DNA of 64,000 nucleotides, from the NCBI RefSeq assembly GCF_006345805.1, contig NC_042998.1, forward strand, positions 13,020,001 through 13,084,000, written 5' to 3'. This document shows, piece after piece, positions 13,948 to 28,072 of this stretch; positions within the stretch are counted from its first letter, which is position 1, and every line of letters starts with the position of its first letter. The notes below the pieces were generated by a model. The model did no database searches and was not told where the DNA came from. It saw only the letters and a list, made by a program, of their open reading frames with translations. The translations under genes were made by a program, and so were the position numbers. Origin of the DNA: Octopus sinensis. Lineage: Eukaryota.

Positions 13948-14193
13948 TATATATCTATGTAATCGGTAACGCACTTAGTTTTGTTAACAAAGAGACGTGA
14001 GTTCGGGTCCCACGCGTACGGAAAAGCCTACCTTTTTTTTCTGCGGAGCGCTTATATACCCCATTATTAGACTGTTTTCTTTAGTCATTTGCACGGTGTT
14101 GGCTATAAGCTTTAAGCTTATGAAAACATCCCATTATTATTATTTTACAGAATTGTAAAACTCGACACCGCTTAACAAAGCTATTCGCACCGC

Positions 14194-14228
<35 letters not shown>

Positions 14229-14235
14229 TATATAT

Positions 14236-14277
<42 letters not shown>

Positions 14278-15308
14278 GTGTGTGTGTGTGTGTGTGTGGT
14301 GTGTGTGTGTGTGTGTGTGTGTCTGTGTGCTGCTAATCTGGTTCCGTCTCTCCCTCTAGTTTTCTAAATGTATGAGTATGTACGTATATGTGTGTGTGCG
14401 TGTACATGCATACATACATACACATGCACACATGCATACACATATATGAATATTGCTTATCACAAATGCCTTTTCGCATATATTTTCGGAATAACAGCAA
14501 ACTCGATTGCTTGCATGTTGATACGGACTTAACCAAAAATAGTGCGACGGTTTTAAGTGATTCATGGAGAAAAAGGCATTTCCTCACCTGTAGCCTATTA
14601 CATTTTAAAAACAACGTTACTGTAAAACTATAATTTAGTCATTTAATTTTAATTAGTGCTAGTCCCATGGTTGAACCTTGAACATCAAACACCGTTACTT
14701 CCAGATAATGATGGAAATAAATTAGTAGCAGACGTGATGAATGAAGATGTATAAACACGCTCACTAAAGAGTTTTAATGGATATAAAAGGAATCAATTTT
14801 CAATTTAGATAAATGTAGTCTTGTAAGTTTTCTAACTTTTAATTAAATGTGATTGATATATATCTTAAACACACTCGCCATCTCTAATAGTAATTGAAAC
14901 CTCAACTCCTAGTAGTAAATCTTTATATCATTTTACATATCTGTGACTTTGATCTATATAATGAAGGTGATTATAGATTTTCATAAATAAACAAAATAAT
15001 TGTTGTTGCGTCTTTTATTGAGATATGAGCCCACCAGACGCTGGTTCGCGTCATTATAATCATGTATATTAATCTCACGCTGGCACTTAAGACATCATTC
15101 AAGATTTCATGTCTTGTATTGAGTTGTAAAAATTTCTCACAAAATGTGAAGGAGGGTTACATAAAACTGATTAATATTACGTTTATCAGTTGAGAGATAA
15201 ATTGAAAATATCGTGTACATATAAATCAGACAGTCGCTATGTGCTGTGCAATATTAAATTTTGAAGTGTAATTCAGAAATCGAATATTTTTGTAAGATAA
15301 ACCTTTTC

Positions 15309-15490
15309 GGGGGCGCATGGCTTAGTGTGTAAGAGTGTTGGATTATTGATCGAAAAATTGTTGTTTCGAATCCTGGACCGAACGATTCGTTGTATTCTTG
15401 AGTAAAATATTTTTATTTCATGTCGTTCTTCCAGTTCACTCAGCTGGTAAAAATGAGTAATCTCTGCGACGAACCAGCGTCTCGTTTAGG
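15309..15490 (+). mobile_element. Old, degenerate tRNA-derived SINE
   Basis: gggggcgcatggcttagtg..gtttcgaatcctggacc..gttgtattcttgagtaaaatattt; A/B-box-like head. Confidence 0.5.
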
Positions 15491-16010
15491 GAAAACGGAA
15501 AGCTGGCCCTATGCAGCTCATGGAGTGAACTAACCATGGTGAACCTCAATGCTGGGTGTTGCTCGTCATGTTGAAATAAAACATATTCTACCAAGGAATT
15601 ATCATTGGAATGTGATTGTAATGTAACTATGTCGTAGGTAGCAATAAATCTGTTTACAAATCTGCAAATTCTAAATAAATACGCCAAAAATATACGGAAG
15701 GAAAATAAACATAAATAGAGTAACAAAAGATACATTTACTAATACTTTTTCGTATATCAGAAAATCATTTCAAATTTAACCATTTTAAATATATGAGGTA
15801 AGAAACTGACAATGTAAAGATAAATACGCAACGGGGTATTGATACACGTAACGTAAACAAGTTGAATTTGCCGAATATATTAAGTATTGATGGGTTAGCT
15901 CTTCATTATTATGCTTCGTAACGCATAGCATCGATCCACTATTTTGTCATATGAGTGTGATTGTACGCACACATACACACACGAAGATATGCCCTTGCAT
16001 GTATATATAT

Positions 16011-17139
16011 TGTTACAGTTTGGCTAAGTGCAGTTTCTTGGTGACCCATTTTGGGTGTGGCGCCGGCACGTCTGGAAGAAAAGGGACAGCCCTTTGTTTA
16101 CTGGGAGACTAATGGCCTTTGGAAGGACCTGTGACCCTGTGCCGGTCGAGAAGGGGTCAGAGAGAATGTGGAAGAGGAAGACAGATTAAGGGAATCTGAG
16201 AGCAGATAGAGAGGATGAGGGGCAGAGAGAAGAAAAGTAGTGAGAGAGATAGAGTATAAGGCTAAGGGACAGATTGAGGGGCGATAGAGATAGGCAGTTA
16301 GGGACCAGGGCAGATGGAGAGGCTATAAGCAGAAGAGCAGATGGAGATTAGGGTAGTGGGAAGGAGAGGGACGGAGTGAGGTCTTGGCAGTCGGTGGTCG
16401 GTCCTCGAAGAACACAGTGGGATTCTGGAAGTCAGAGCGAGTAGGTGGAATCTTAGGAGCAAGCGGTGGAATCTTAGGAGCAAGCAAGTTGGGATGCAGG
16501 AGTTTGGCAGGCTGGATTTAGCAGTATTGAGGGATGAGTGCAGAATGGGACACTGGCGATTCATTTAGGAATTAAGGTATGTGATTGTGTATTGATACGT
16601 GTCACGATGTAAAAGAAAAGAAGAGAAAGAAGAGAGAAAAAGAAGGACTCTGTCGATGTAGACGATAAAGAACATTGTGAATTGAGTAAAGGACTTGTTG
16701 AATTGTAACGTGAATTGTTGTGATACGAACGTTGTATAATGTATCGAAGTGTTCTGATTGGACTGTGACGTATCGTGAACATTATTTGATCTGGACTTGT
16801 GTCGTTACTGAACACTGTTATATTGTTACATGCATGTTGTTAAATGCTTTGATCTGTGGTATACCGTATGATGTATTGATTTGTTGTTTGCCTTAAATGC
16901 TTTGAAGTTGTAACCATTGATTGTCATATAAACTAGTTGTTGAATGTAAGCCAGTGTTGCCGTTTTGCCTTGCCTCTTTTGGTGTATTTCTCGGTTGCCT
17001 CTCTGTGTCTCTGTTGCCTTGCTGCGGTTGTGTGTCTCTCTCTCCTCTCTCCGACGAGTTTCCGTGGCGAGAACATTCGCTGATCGAGTCGGGCCTGTCT
17101 GAGGGATTCCGTACAGTTTTCGGAGGTCCCCTCGTAACA
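16011..17139. mobile_element. Solo LTR (1129 bp)
   Basis: Begins TGTTAC and ends GTAACA (6-bp terminal inverted repeat, TG..CA), flanked by ATAT on both sides; GC-richer than the flanks; no recognisable ORF. Confidence 0.7.
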
Positions 17140-17341
17140 ATATATATATATTTTTTTCTATTTATCTAGTTTCAGCTCACTAGCTGTGGCCATTTGGTGT
17201 TGCTACATGATTTTACTTCACGAATGCTTTTTAGCAATTGCCATTTGGTGCATGAGAGAGTTCGATGCAGCTGCCCTCATCTGCACCTCCTGCCGTGAAG
17301 TTGGTTCATCTGGGATACCTGACAAGAAGAGATCCAGTTTC

Positions 17342-17375
<34 letters not shown>

Positions 17376-17879
17376 TTGCGGTGTGAATGGCTTGTTATAC
17401 GTCGCCCAGGTTTACAATGCTGTAAATTATAACAACGATATTTATATAAGCTTAACGCAGAAAGAGATCAACGTGCAATGACTAAGGAAAATAATCTAAT
17501 AATGGGGCATAGAAACCCTCCACGGAAAAACAATAGCCTTTTCCAACGGCGTCTGATGCTCATACCAACATCCGATTGTTAACGGGGCTAAGTGTATTAG
17601 CCTTACGTCAGCGAAGCTTATATGAATACCATTATATATATATTTATACACATGCACACACACATATATATATATGTATATACATATATATATATATATG
17701 AAATTATATATATTTACATATATATATAAATATAATAAGGGTAAATAAGAACTTTAATGGTTTTTAAAGAAAACAACAATTATTTACGGGTAGATTTCGG
17801 CATGTAATATAACCATTAACGGTAGGAACTTTTATAAAAGTTATATAACTAATAACGGTAGAAATGTATGGTTATATAA

Positions 17880-17934
<55 letters not shown>

Positions 17935-18191
17935 ATATCTACATATTTGTATGTATGTATACATATATGTAAGCAAGTGTCTGTATATATCTATATGTAT
18001 GTGTGTATATATAATTGTATCTCTATGTATTTATCTCATTACAATCTCTGCACGAAACGTTTTGAAGTCAAATATTTCAATCGAGTCTTCGATTATTCTC
18101 CTGCTACCGGATTGCGGGAGAATGTGTCTAATAGAGATCTCATGTTGTTATACTAAAACTTTAAAAAAATTCCTACTGTATACTATGTGTT

Positions 18192-18222
<31 letters not shown>

Positions 18223-18755
18223 ACGCACACTCAGACACACGCACACACACATATATCCATACCTACATATACACTTATACACAGACGCTCTCACACGAAA
18301 TCATGTTTGCATTCAAGTTTTATGTTTGTCAAGGCTTTTATTTCTCATCTCCATGTATCATGAGCTGCTTTTCGCACGTTAATACCAGCATGTCAAATTA
18401 TGTAAATCATCAGCGAATCCTAATGTATATTACACGAATTTAGTTTTGTAGCCTGTAATGATTATTCCATTATTTATCCTTTCCATTTGAAACGAATTCT
18501 GTATAGTTTTTTTCATAGTTGTGATATAGAGCAATGAAATGATCGTTTGGAAAGTTCCCTGTACAATAAGGCAGGTCATCTATAACGAAACCTTTATAAA
18601 CTGCACCAATCTTCTCTTCTTTCATACAAACACAAAAAGCGTTATTTTCTACTATACACTGTACAACATCATACATATATATCTGCATACATTATGCATA
18701 TTTCTATAAATGCATACATAAATATATACATAATATATATATATATATATATATA

Positions 18756-18799
<44 letters not shown>

Positions 18800-18819
18800 C
18801 CATGATAGATCGGATTGCC

Positions 18820-18988
18820 ACTACACACATTTTTCTCTCCTTGTTTCTTTCTGTGTTCCTTTGTGTGGAAGAGCGTTGGCTCGAAACGTAAAATACTTTT
18901 TCAATACCCGAGCGTTATATTAATACGTCTGTTTGTTTTTTACACCAGCTGTCTTCGTCTCTTGTGTTTTTTTTCGTGAATTCTCCCC

Positions 18989-18990
<2 letters not shown>
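18820..18990 (+). mobile_element. Family H1 element with hammerhead-like motif
   Basis: cttt-GTGTGGA-a-gagc-gttg-gctc-GAAA-cg-TA-aaat at 18859-18894. Confidence 0.7.
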
Positions 18991-19039
<49 letters not shown>

Positions 19040-20443
19040 CATGTATCGATGTGTGTGTAATGTACGTGTGTAATGTTCGTGTGTGTGTGTGTATGTCTAA
19101 CATAGCAATTACTTATGCCGTTGTTTAGATGTTTTGAGAGGTATACAAAATTTCTAAATAAGCGACGTTACAAAATTACAAATGAAATAGTTGAAATCAA
19201 TCTCAGTAAAAACATGTAACAGTGTCAACGATTCTCATTTGAAACTTTATTAAAACTTGATTACGGCTTCGATTGGCATAGTCAGAAATTAAATCCATCT
19301 TTATTAGCGTTGTGTTTCCATAAATCTCATAAAACCAATTAATAAGGATTTTCATTTCTTGCGAAAGTGACGCCAATATATCCAAGTTTCAGAATAAAAT
19401 AAATTACTATTTCAAATTGATATGAACACATATAATAAAATACGATAGTTTTTTGTTTTTTTACTAATGCAAAAAGAACTTACGTAGTTTATTAATTTTG
19501 CTTCTCAATATATTGATATATTTCCATTTTAAATTTATTTGGTTTAAGGAAATAAAAACAAAATTCAATCAATAAGATCAGGAGCAACAAAGTCGAAAAC
19601 ACTTCACAATTTCCGATTTTAATATCGAAAACTGTATGTCTACAAGATTACTTATATAGAGCTACTTATGGAGTGGTCGAGTTTGAATATATTCACACTA
19701 AAATGGGTATGTATTCACATAAATTATATCAATGTACATGTAAGCTCATATACACTGGTTCGTCTATGTGTATGTGCACATACACATACTCCTATGCATA
19801 AAAATCTACAGTAATATATTATGGTAATGCAATATAGCCGTCTATGTGTATTTATGTACGTCTGTATGTATACAATGTCTCTCTATAAGCATACACAGTG
19901 AGTAATGGTAAATATATTGAAAGAACATTTAAAACAAGTAATTGATGTAAACCATTGAAAAGTAGGTTAATGCGTTACAAGTTTATTCCAATAAATGCTT
20001 CCTTTATAAAAAAATATATATTTTCCAATTTTTCCAATTGGCATAATATACAACGCAGGGAATGTAATACAAATATAATCAATAACGGCAAATATTTCTG
20101 CTGCAAATTGCCTTGTAATGATATCGGTAAGAAAATAAACAGTAATAAATATTAAAGGAAATATAACTCATTTGTAGATACATATATACATTGATACAGA
20201 AACAGATACATACGCACACACATACACACAGACACACGCGCGCATACATACAACATACATATAGATATAAACATACACTTATATGTGCATATATATACAC
20301 GAATGTGTGACTATACTTAATTCAATATGTGTATATATATCTACAATATACACATGTAGATATGCATCCACGTACGTATATACATATACATGCATATATA
20401 TATATATATATATATGTAGATATACATATACATACATATATAT

Positions 20444-20503
<60 letters not shown>

Positions 20504-21536
20504 GAATGTATATGTATATATACATATGCATACATACATACATATTTCGTACACACACAACGCACACATATATGAAACCAAAATTACTGATAGACAAATG
20601 CACACACATATATTGATTTTGTTTTGCGTCATAATTCTTTCGTAAAATGTGATTTTAATTAGGATAATCACTGCAGTAAATTACATTTTGCAAACATGCA
20701 AATAATTTCGCATAGGCACAAATTACATCAAATTCGACTTACATATACTTATCCAAACACACAATAACGCAAAGTATATGCATATGTTTTGTGTTATTAT
20801 TATTATTATTATTATTTTTTCGTTCAGATGCTACGTCTACAAGTCGGAATGTACTATCCAATGACGCCTTATTGGAAACGGAAACAGAATTATTTCGCCT
20901 GCTACAAAATCAATCTTATATTAGCTTCCCTTGAGTAACCAGCTTGTTGCCGTTATAGGAACTGCAATACTCTTGTCTATTATTACAAGACATGCATTTT
21001 GTTTATTATTTATTAGTATTCTGATCCATGTGTTGAACCATGTTATATTCTCCTTTCTCCTTGAGAAGCATTTAAGCTTCATGAGACAAATTTCATTTGC
21101 TTTACAAGAGTGATACAACACGAATAATATAATGATTTTATCTGCTTTTTTCTCCGACTGTTTTTTCCTTTCTACCGGTTGCCATTTTCGTTTTGAATTA
21201 GTTTTCCGCTTTACTGTCGGTATATTTGTTTTCTGAACTGATGGATATCCCTTTAAATAACTTTCTTTTTCACTTTATCACTCAATTTCTTCCTAGATGC
21301 CTGCGTATCAATTTCAGTCACTTTCTCTGACCTCTATTTCATTCGCGATTTATACATCTGTACATGCGCTCTCAGATATATACATACACGCATAACATAT
21401 ATTTACGGATGCGTACGTGTGTGTATGTAGGTGTTTGTATGTGTGTATGTACGTGCCCGCGTCTGTGTATGGTTGTGTATGTATTTATATAAATATACAA
21501 ATATACATATACATGTATATGTATATACGTGTGTGA

Positions 21537-21591
<55 letters not shown>

Positions 21592-21617
21592 CATCTATCT
21601 ATCTACTTGTGTGTGTG

Positions 21618-21715
<98 letters not shown>

Positions 21716-21716
21716 T

Positions 21717-21883
21717 CATAATTAAGGGCAAACGATATGGTAATAATGGAATGTTTTGGAAATTTCTGTCGACCTTTTTCGAGTAGCGTGCATATTGTGA
21801 AAAACTTATATGGTTAATGGACAATATGTCCAATTTTTCGGCCTATCTGGCATGAGAATTTTTTTCGTTTGCCCTTAATTATG
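21717..21883. repeat. MITE-like element with a perfect 19-bp inverted repeat; part of a dispersed repeat also at ~44040-44270
   Basis: cataattaagggcaaacga (21717) / tcgtttgcccttaattatg (21865). Downstream ..gctggccattgataaaat..atcctacattag is shared with the 44.2 kb copy. Confidence 0.65.
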
Positions 21884-22022
21884 ACTTGTTTATAATTTTA
21901 ACCTTTAAAGGTATTTTTTGATATGCTGGCCATTGATAAAATGGTTTTTCAAAAAGCATATTATTTTCGAAAAAAATTTAATCCTACATTAGATATATAT
22001 ATATATATACAAAGCGACTCCG

Positions 22023-22373
22023 TTAATTGATTAATGAAAACCTTACATCGTTGCAAAGAAAACCGTTTCGTCAGATGTCTGCATGGCCTTCAACCACAAT
22101 GGACCAACCAACTGCTTTAACATATTCATGATACCAACTAGAGATCAAATATTTACGTTGAAACTGCTGGCAGAACGAATGTTAATATTTGAATGCTGTT
22201 CCTCTGGCAGAATCAGTGTAACCATTTGAACGCCAGTTGGTGGTATGAACGTGTTAAAGCTGTTGGTTGTTCCTTTGTGTTTGAAGTCTAAGCAGTCATT
22301 TGACGAAAATGGTCCTTTGCAACGGTGTAATCCTTTCATTAATCAATTAAATGTGTCACTTGAAACGGCCGTA
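22023..22373. repeat. Old fold-back element (~117 bp diverged inverted arms) followed by a GAAA-palindrome-TA half hammerhead
   Basis: 22023-22139 is the reverse complement of 22235-22350 with many substitutions; GAAA-cggccg-TA at 22362-22373. Confidence 0.65.
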
Positions 22374-23079
22374 ATGAATTGACACCTGTACATCTTTGTT
22401 ACTCATCTGTATTTTATTCACCTACCCTCGAATCTGCACTTCGGAAATATTAGAGAAATTATTTTAATATAAAGTACATATCTGAACAACCATGAGCGGA
22501 TCCTTTCTCAATGTTGGGTCGTGTTATCAGCATACACTGCAAGAATATCAAGTGCAAACACTTCTGCACAGCGTTTCCTACTCTCTTAATATTGTTCAGG
22601 TGTGTATGTTACTACGTAAGCGTAGCAGTGCTTCACGTTGAGTACCCAATTATATAAATATATATATGTATGTATGTATGTAAGTATGTATAATATATAT
22701 ATATATATATATATAGATATAATATATATTATATATTATATATATAATATGTGTGTGTGTAGATGAATGCATTTTTACCTTGTTAACAATTAACACGGAA
22801 AAAAATAGTTACCAGGGTAGCAAAATCTCACAAGTAAAGATGTTGTGACTCCTTGTGTCGAAAGTAAAAATATTTGATTTACACCTGCGTTAAACTCCAT
22901 TTATTTATTCATATATATATATATATATGTATGTTTGTATATATATATATATATGTATGTATGTATGTACCTATGTGTATATATATATATATAAATAATA
23001 ATAAATATTAGGGAATAAATCCAAATTTACAAGGAAAAATCAGATTTAAGATTGAATCCAATTTTATAATAAAATATTA

Positions 23080-23420
23080 TATTATAATAAATTAGAGACA
23101 AAACCACTATTATGCAAATCAAACAAAGAAAGACTTAAGCCAATACATAAAATATAAAATAATTTATATAAATTAAAATTTAACAAATGAATAACCACTA
23201 CGATCGTAGTTTATAGTTTATAACTATAGTTTATAACTCGCTAAGAAGGTTTAGAAGCCACCTGAAGAATGTCTAAGATGTGCTGACATGAAACGATCGT
23301 AGTGGTTATTCATTTGTTAAATTTTAATTTATATAAATTATTTTATATTTTATGTATTGGCTTAAGTCTTTCTTTGTTTGATTTGCATAATAGTGGTTTT
23401 GTCTCTAATTTATTATAATA
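23080..23420 (+). repeat. Fold-back mini-element (~118 bp near-identical inverted arms) enclosing a hammerhead
   Basis: 23089-23207 is the reverse complement of 23293-23411 (one indel); flanked by (TA)n. Confidence 0.9.
23256..23307 (+). ncRNA. Minimal type I hammerhead ribozyme, canonical core
   Basis: Stem I agccac/gtggtt; CUGAAGA (23262-68); stem II augac-type pairing atgtc/gacat; GAAA (23290-93); palindromic stem III acgatcgt; predicted cleavage GUA| after 23301. Confidence 0.85.
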
Positions 23421-24578
23421 TATATATATATATATCGTGTGTATTTCCATAACTGGTTATCAATTGGAGTCGATTATAACTTGATAGCAGAACAGAAATT
23501 TGTTTTTCTTTTCGTTTCAGACATTCTGTAAAAATTAATCAACGATATTCTGTTTATCGTCTAATTGTTTATAGTCTAAACGTGCTGGCAGAAACACAAC
23601 AACGTAATGATATTTTTCGAATCTTTCTGCAGTTAATTGTGCTGTTTAATTTTCTCTGTTGTACTATAATTTTCATTTCACCCTTTTTCTATATAGATCG
23701 CACTCAAATTGCTTTGTCTATCGGAGACATTAGTCAATCATTTGTAAATTTGCTTTGTGCGTCATTAAAACGACATACTTATAGCAATATTTCGGATATC
23801 CACACAACAGCTTCCATATTTAAGCTACAGCTACAGAACAACCTTGTGTAAACTAGTCATCGTCATGCGCTCGGCTGTCCTTCTTAGTGCAACTACATTT
23901 CCAGCCAACTCTACACAGGGCAAGTTAGCACGCTCTCATTTCCTGGATTATATTAGGCCGATTGCGCTTGCAAATTATACGATCAGTAGTTAGTGTATGC
24001 TGCTTTGTATTTATGATAATACTTTTGGTGATACTTATTTCTGATTTCTCTATTACTTCCTATTACTAGATGTGTTTGCAATATGTTTTCCTATTTTCCC
24101 TGTAGCAATGGTCATCTTCATTATTCTCTCCAGAATTCTTCGCTGCTGGCAAAAATAAGCTAGCATTTAAATGGCAAAATTATGTTGATAATTTAGGCAA
24201 ATACTTTGATTAACTGCATCACATATTGTACAGATAAAGTAAAATAAAACTTTCAGTTCAAAATCGGACATTCCATTCTTAATGACCTGATATTTTTATT
24301 TGCTTGAGTTTTTATTAGGAAGCAATAAAAGCGTTTCTTTAAATTCAAATTCAAAAGAATTTATCGTCATTTCATATACAACGAATATTTACTGTCAAAT
24401 GTTATTGGCATTCTATTTTCCATAGCTAAGACATTAACAACAGTGTAGTGTAACATATATCAAAGGAAACATAATTGTAAATATTTTATTTACAGTAAGA
24501 CGAGTCACCAATCAAATATTTCAAGTAAAATCTGAAAACGAAATTGCGATGCATACAAAACAAGCGATAATCTAGTAC

Positions 24579-24587
<9 letters not shown>

Positions 24588-24677
<90 letters not shown>

Positions 24678-24712
24678 CATCTATCTGTCTGTCTGTCTGT
24701 CTGTCTGTCTAA
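24588..24712. repeat. (TCTA)n/(TCTG)n microsatellite
   Basis: Directly visible. Confidence 0.95.
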
Positions 24713-25522
24713 CTCTCTCGCTCTCTCTGTATATATTTACATAGAGCTTGGACCAAAACTCCCGCACCAAAACAATTGATATTTTATTTATAATACATCG
24801 CCACACCACTGATGCTACTACTACTACCACCACTAAAACTAAAACCACCGCTATTACTACTACTATTGTTCTTGCTGTTGTTATTAATTTTCTTAGTGTA
24901 CCTGCCTAAGTGGGATTCGAAAACGAATAACAATCGTGTTTTATCTTCATTTTGGGAGATTAATCAGAAACATTTGACCCTGAATGACCTTTGTAGGTCA
25001 CTGAAGAGTCAATCCTTTGTTTTAGGTGTGACCTACTTCCTGACCATTTCCTATATAACTGAGATCATCTCTCTCTGGCCCCCTTTGGTTAACTGATAAT
25101 AGAGAGCACATATCTCTGTCCGTGTCAGCCGTTAACCAGGAGAAATAGTATCGGCCAAATAAAAAGGGACAACGTAATCCTACCCTTTCCTTATCTCTGT
25201 CAGCTGAATGCACAGCTTACACACTACCAATTACCACCGATCCACCAACATATCATTACTATTGTCAATTACTATTATGTATATTTTACTAACCACTGCT
25301 GGTATATAAATTTGTAACTACTATTCATTTCTTCTTCGATGGTGTTATTATACTGTTTCATTTATACCCATACATCTGTCCGTTATATGATTGTCTAGTC
25401 ATCGTTAATTTGATTTTTTTTTCATTTTAGAAAACCTGAAGCTTTCCTTTGACAATTCCTAAGCGTTCAGAACTTAATTTCAGCGCTACTTTTGACCGTC
25501 CACCCTTATATATATATATATC

Positions 25523-25555
<33 letters not shown>

Positions 25556-25667
25556 TGCATTAAGGACAACTTCTTAATAAGGAAAACTTAACAAGAAATT
25601 ATCGGGTAGATAGCGCGAAAGACCTCATAAGAGAAAAAATTTCGAAAATAATTCTTTCTTATTGAAC

Positions 25668-26094
25668 ATATTAATTTATATATAGAGGGCATTATTATAC
25701 ATACATGCCACACGCTAAGAGGGACAAAATTAATCATTTCCACCAAAAATTCTTCTATTCCGAAAAAACTTCTCCTTTCCCGAAACGCAATTCGTAAAAG
25801 TCTGCCATTTACCGGATGTAATATATGTAAACTCAACCATGTGCTTCGTTGATGTTGATCAGTTAGTTAGCTGCTCGGCTTAGACGAGGTAGGGTCGTTT
25901 ATATATGATACGTCCAGGCTTGCTGATGAATACAAAGGTATGAAATCACAGGTGATACAAGTCCATATTTTTAAATGTCTTACTTTGAAAAATTGCATTC
26001 GGTGGGATTAGTAAAATTTTTGGTGGAAATGACTAATTTTGTCCCTCTTAGCGTGTGGCATGTATGTATAATAATGCCCTCTATATATAAATTA

Positions 26095-26098
<4 letters not shown>
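25668..26098 (+). repeat. Fold-back element (84 bp inverted arms, one mismatch) enclosing a hammerhead
   Basis: 25668-25751 is the reverse complement of 26015-26098. Confidence 0.9.
25917..25963 (+). ncRNA. Minimal type I hammerhead ribozyme, canonical core
   Basis: Stem I ggcttg/caagtc; CUGAUGA (25923-29); stem II atac-aaag-gtat; GAAA (25942-45); stem III a-tcac-ag-gtga-t; predicted cleavage AUA| after 25957. Confidence 0.85.
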
Positions 26099-26129
<31 letters not shown>

Positions 26130-26714
26130 ATATGTATTTGTGCGACTATATATACAAAACTCGATGTAAAATGATAGTGTATGTGCAGTATGAGTAAGCG
26201 CCGATACTTGTCAGAATATTTTCTAAAACACCCAACCAGAGTCAAGATGCCAATCAGAACAGTTACTGAAGAGACATATATAGCGAGAGCATGTAATAAA
26301 GAAAAACGGACAACAAATAATGGTAGGGATTCATTTATATAATGTTACATAATTAATTTCATTTTATGAAAGAAGTATATTTTGCTTACAGTTGTTACAG
26401 TTGTTTTCAAAGTTTGATGCTTAATAATCAAAGCGGTTTACAGAGTCAAACAATTTATTTTGTACAGCAAATGAGCAAAGATATTACGGTTATCTAGAAT
26501 TGTAGTTACTGTAGTCTCACTCTTTCTCTCTCCCTATATATATATATAAATTGTCAATTTATAGGAAAGATTCTATACAAACATAAATACATATGTATAT
26601 TTATATGGTTGGTGTATACTTTTATACTTATTCATTTATGTATCTATATAAACCAACACTTTCATATACAGACACACACATTCACACACACACACACAGA
26701 CACACACATACACA

Positions 26715-26763
<49 letters not shown>

Positions 26764-28072
26764 GTATATATGTATTAATTTTATACTCAGGTATACACCT
26801 TGTATTGTGCTCTTTAAAGCCTGTTCACTGTATTCGGTTACCTGATGTCAGCAACACTATGGAAGCATATGCCACTGGATTAGCTTCAAGGTTTCCTTTG
26901 TGTATATAAAATGGAGATATACATAAAATGGAATTCTCGAGGCTCTTCATTCAGCATCATTGTACGATTATTTCGAGCCATCATGCACCCGTGCGTTATA
27001 GGTAAGAGACCACGAATAATTATCAAGCGTCATAGGAGCAACTGCATTAGCGTTGTGGAAAAGCACCTAACTTTTTAATTACTGTTTCGCTTATTTCTAT
27101 AACAATATATTTTAGTTCATGTAGCATACTATCCGTCACCATAAAGACATTATCTGCACCAATGCCGCTGGTCAATTGCTGCGATAACATCTCAACTGTA
27201 TTTGAAACGATCGTAGTGGTTCTGAATATAGAATCTCGTGAATTCCATCTCCTGTTTCACACATTTGTATATGTATGTATATATGTATGCATGTATGTAT
27301 GTATGTATGTATGTATGTATGTATATATGTATGTATGTATGTATGTATTTATGTATGTATATATGTATGTATTTATGTATGCATGCATGATTTTATGTAT
27401 GTGTATACATATACGAATAGGAACTGAAAGCATATAACACAACGTATGCCGATCGCCATTTTTTAAAGCAACACTTTACATTTTAAAATAACAGGTAGTA
27501 TTCAATGTTTTTGAAATGATATAATTTATAATATTTTTCATGTATTTAACGTAGCTATTTTTTTTGAAATTACACAGATCAATCTGAATAATTAAACTTC
27601 GAACATTTAAGTGTAAACAATGATTTTATTTATTTTTTTATGCTAGCGGAGAAATCAATTTTATCTCCAAGTATTACTAATGTCTTTTTTTAATATCTTG
27701 AGAGAGTTTCTATGTACAAAATGAACCAAGTTATAATACAACATGTAGTGTATTTTTCCAGACATTAAGTTTTGTAGGCGTTATTCCTTTAGACGTTACG
27801 TACCTTCATGGGCATTTATTCGAACGAAAAAGGAACACAGTCCAATCCTATTTTTAACTATCGCTTATATCGGCAAGGTCAAGCTATATTTCATCATTTC
27901 ACTGAGATTGACTTCTACTTAATTCCAAGTTTGATATTTGAATATAGTTCCCTGCATATGTATGAACTTCCAGATTCTACGCGGACAGAGATACCAACAG
28001 AGACATCCAAACAACAAGCACACAGACATACAAATGCACACACATACACTTTATATATATATACATATATAT

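Noticed and set aside
18470-18688. 72-aa minus-strand ORF (..GFVIDDLPYCTGNFPND..) as a terminal exon
   Set aside because: Protein-like with a possible AG acceptor, but no recognisable homology or partner exons. A BLASTX/RNA-seq hit would be needed.
20921-21340. Lys-rich minus-strand open stretch as a host exon
   Set aside because: Frame is broken near 21260-21280 and no domain was recognised.
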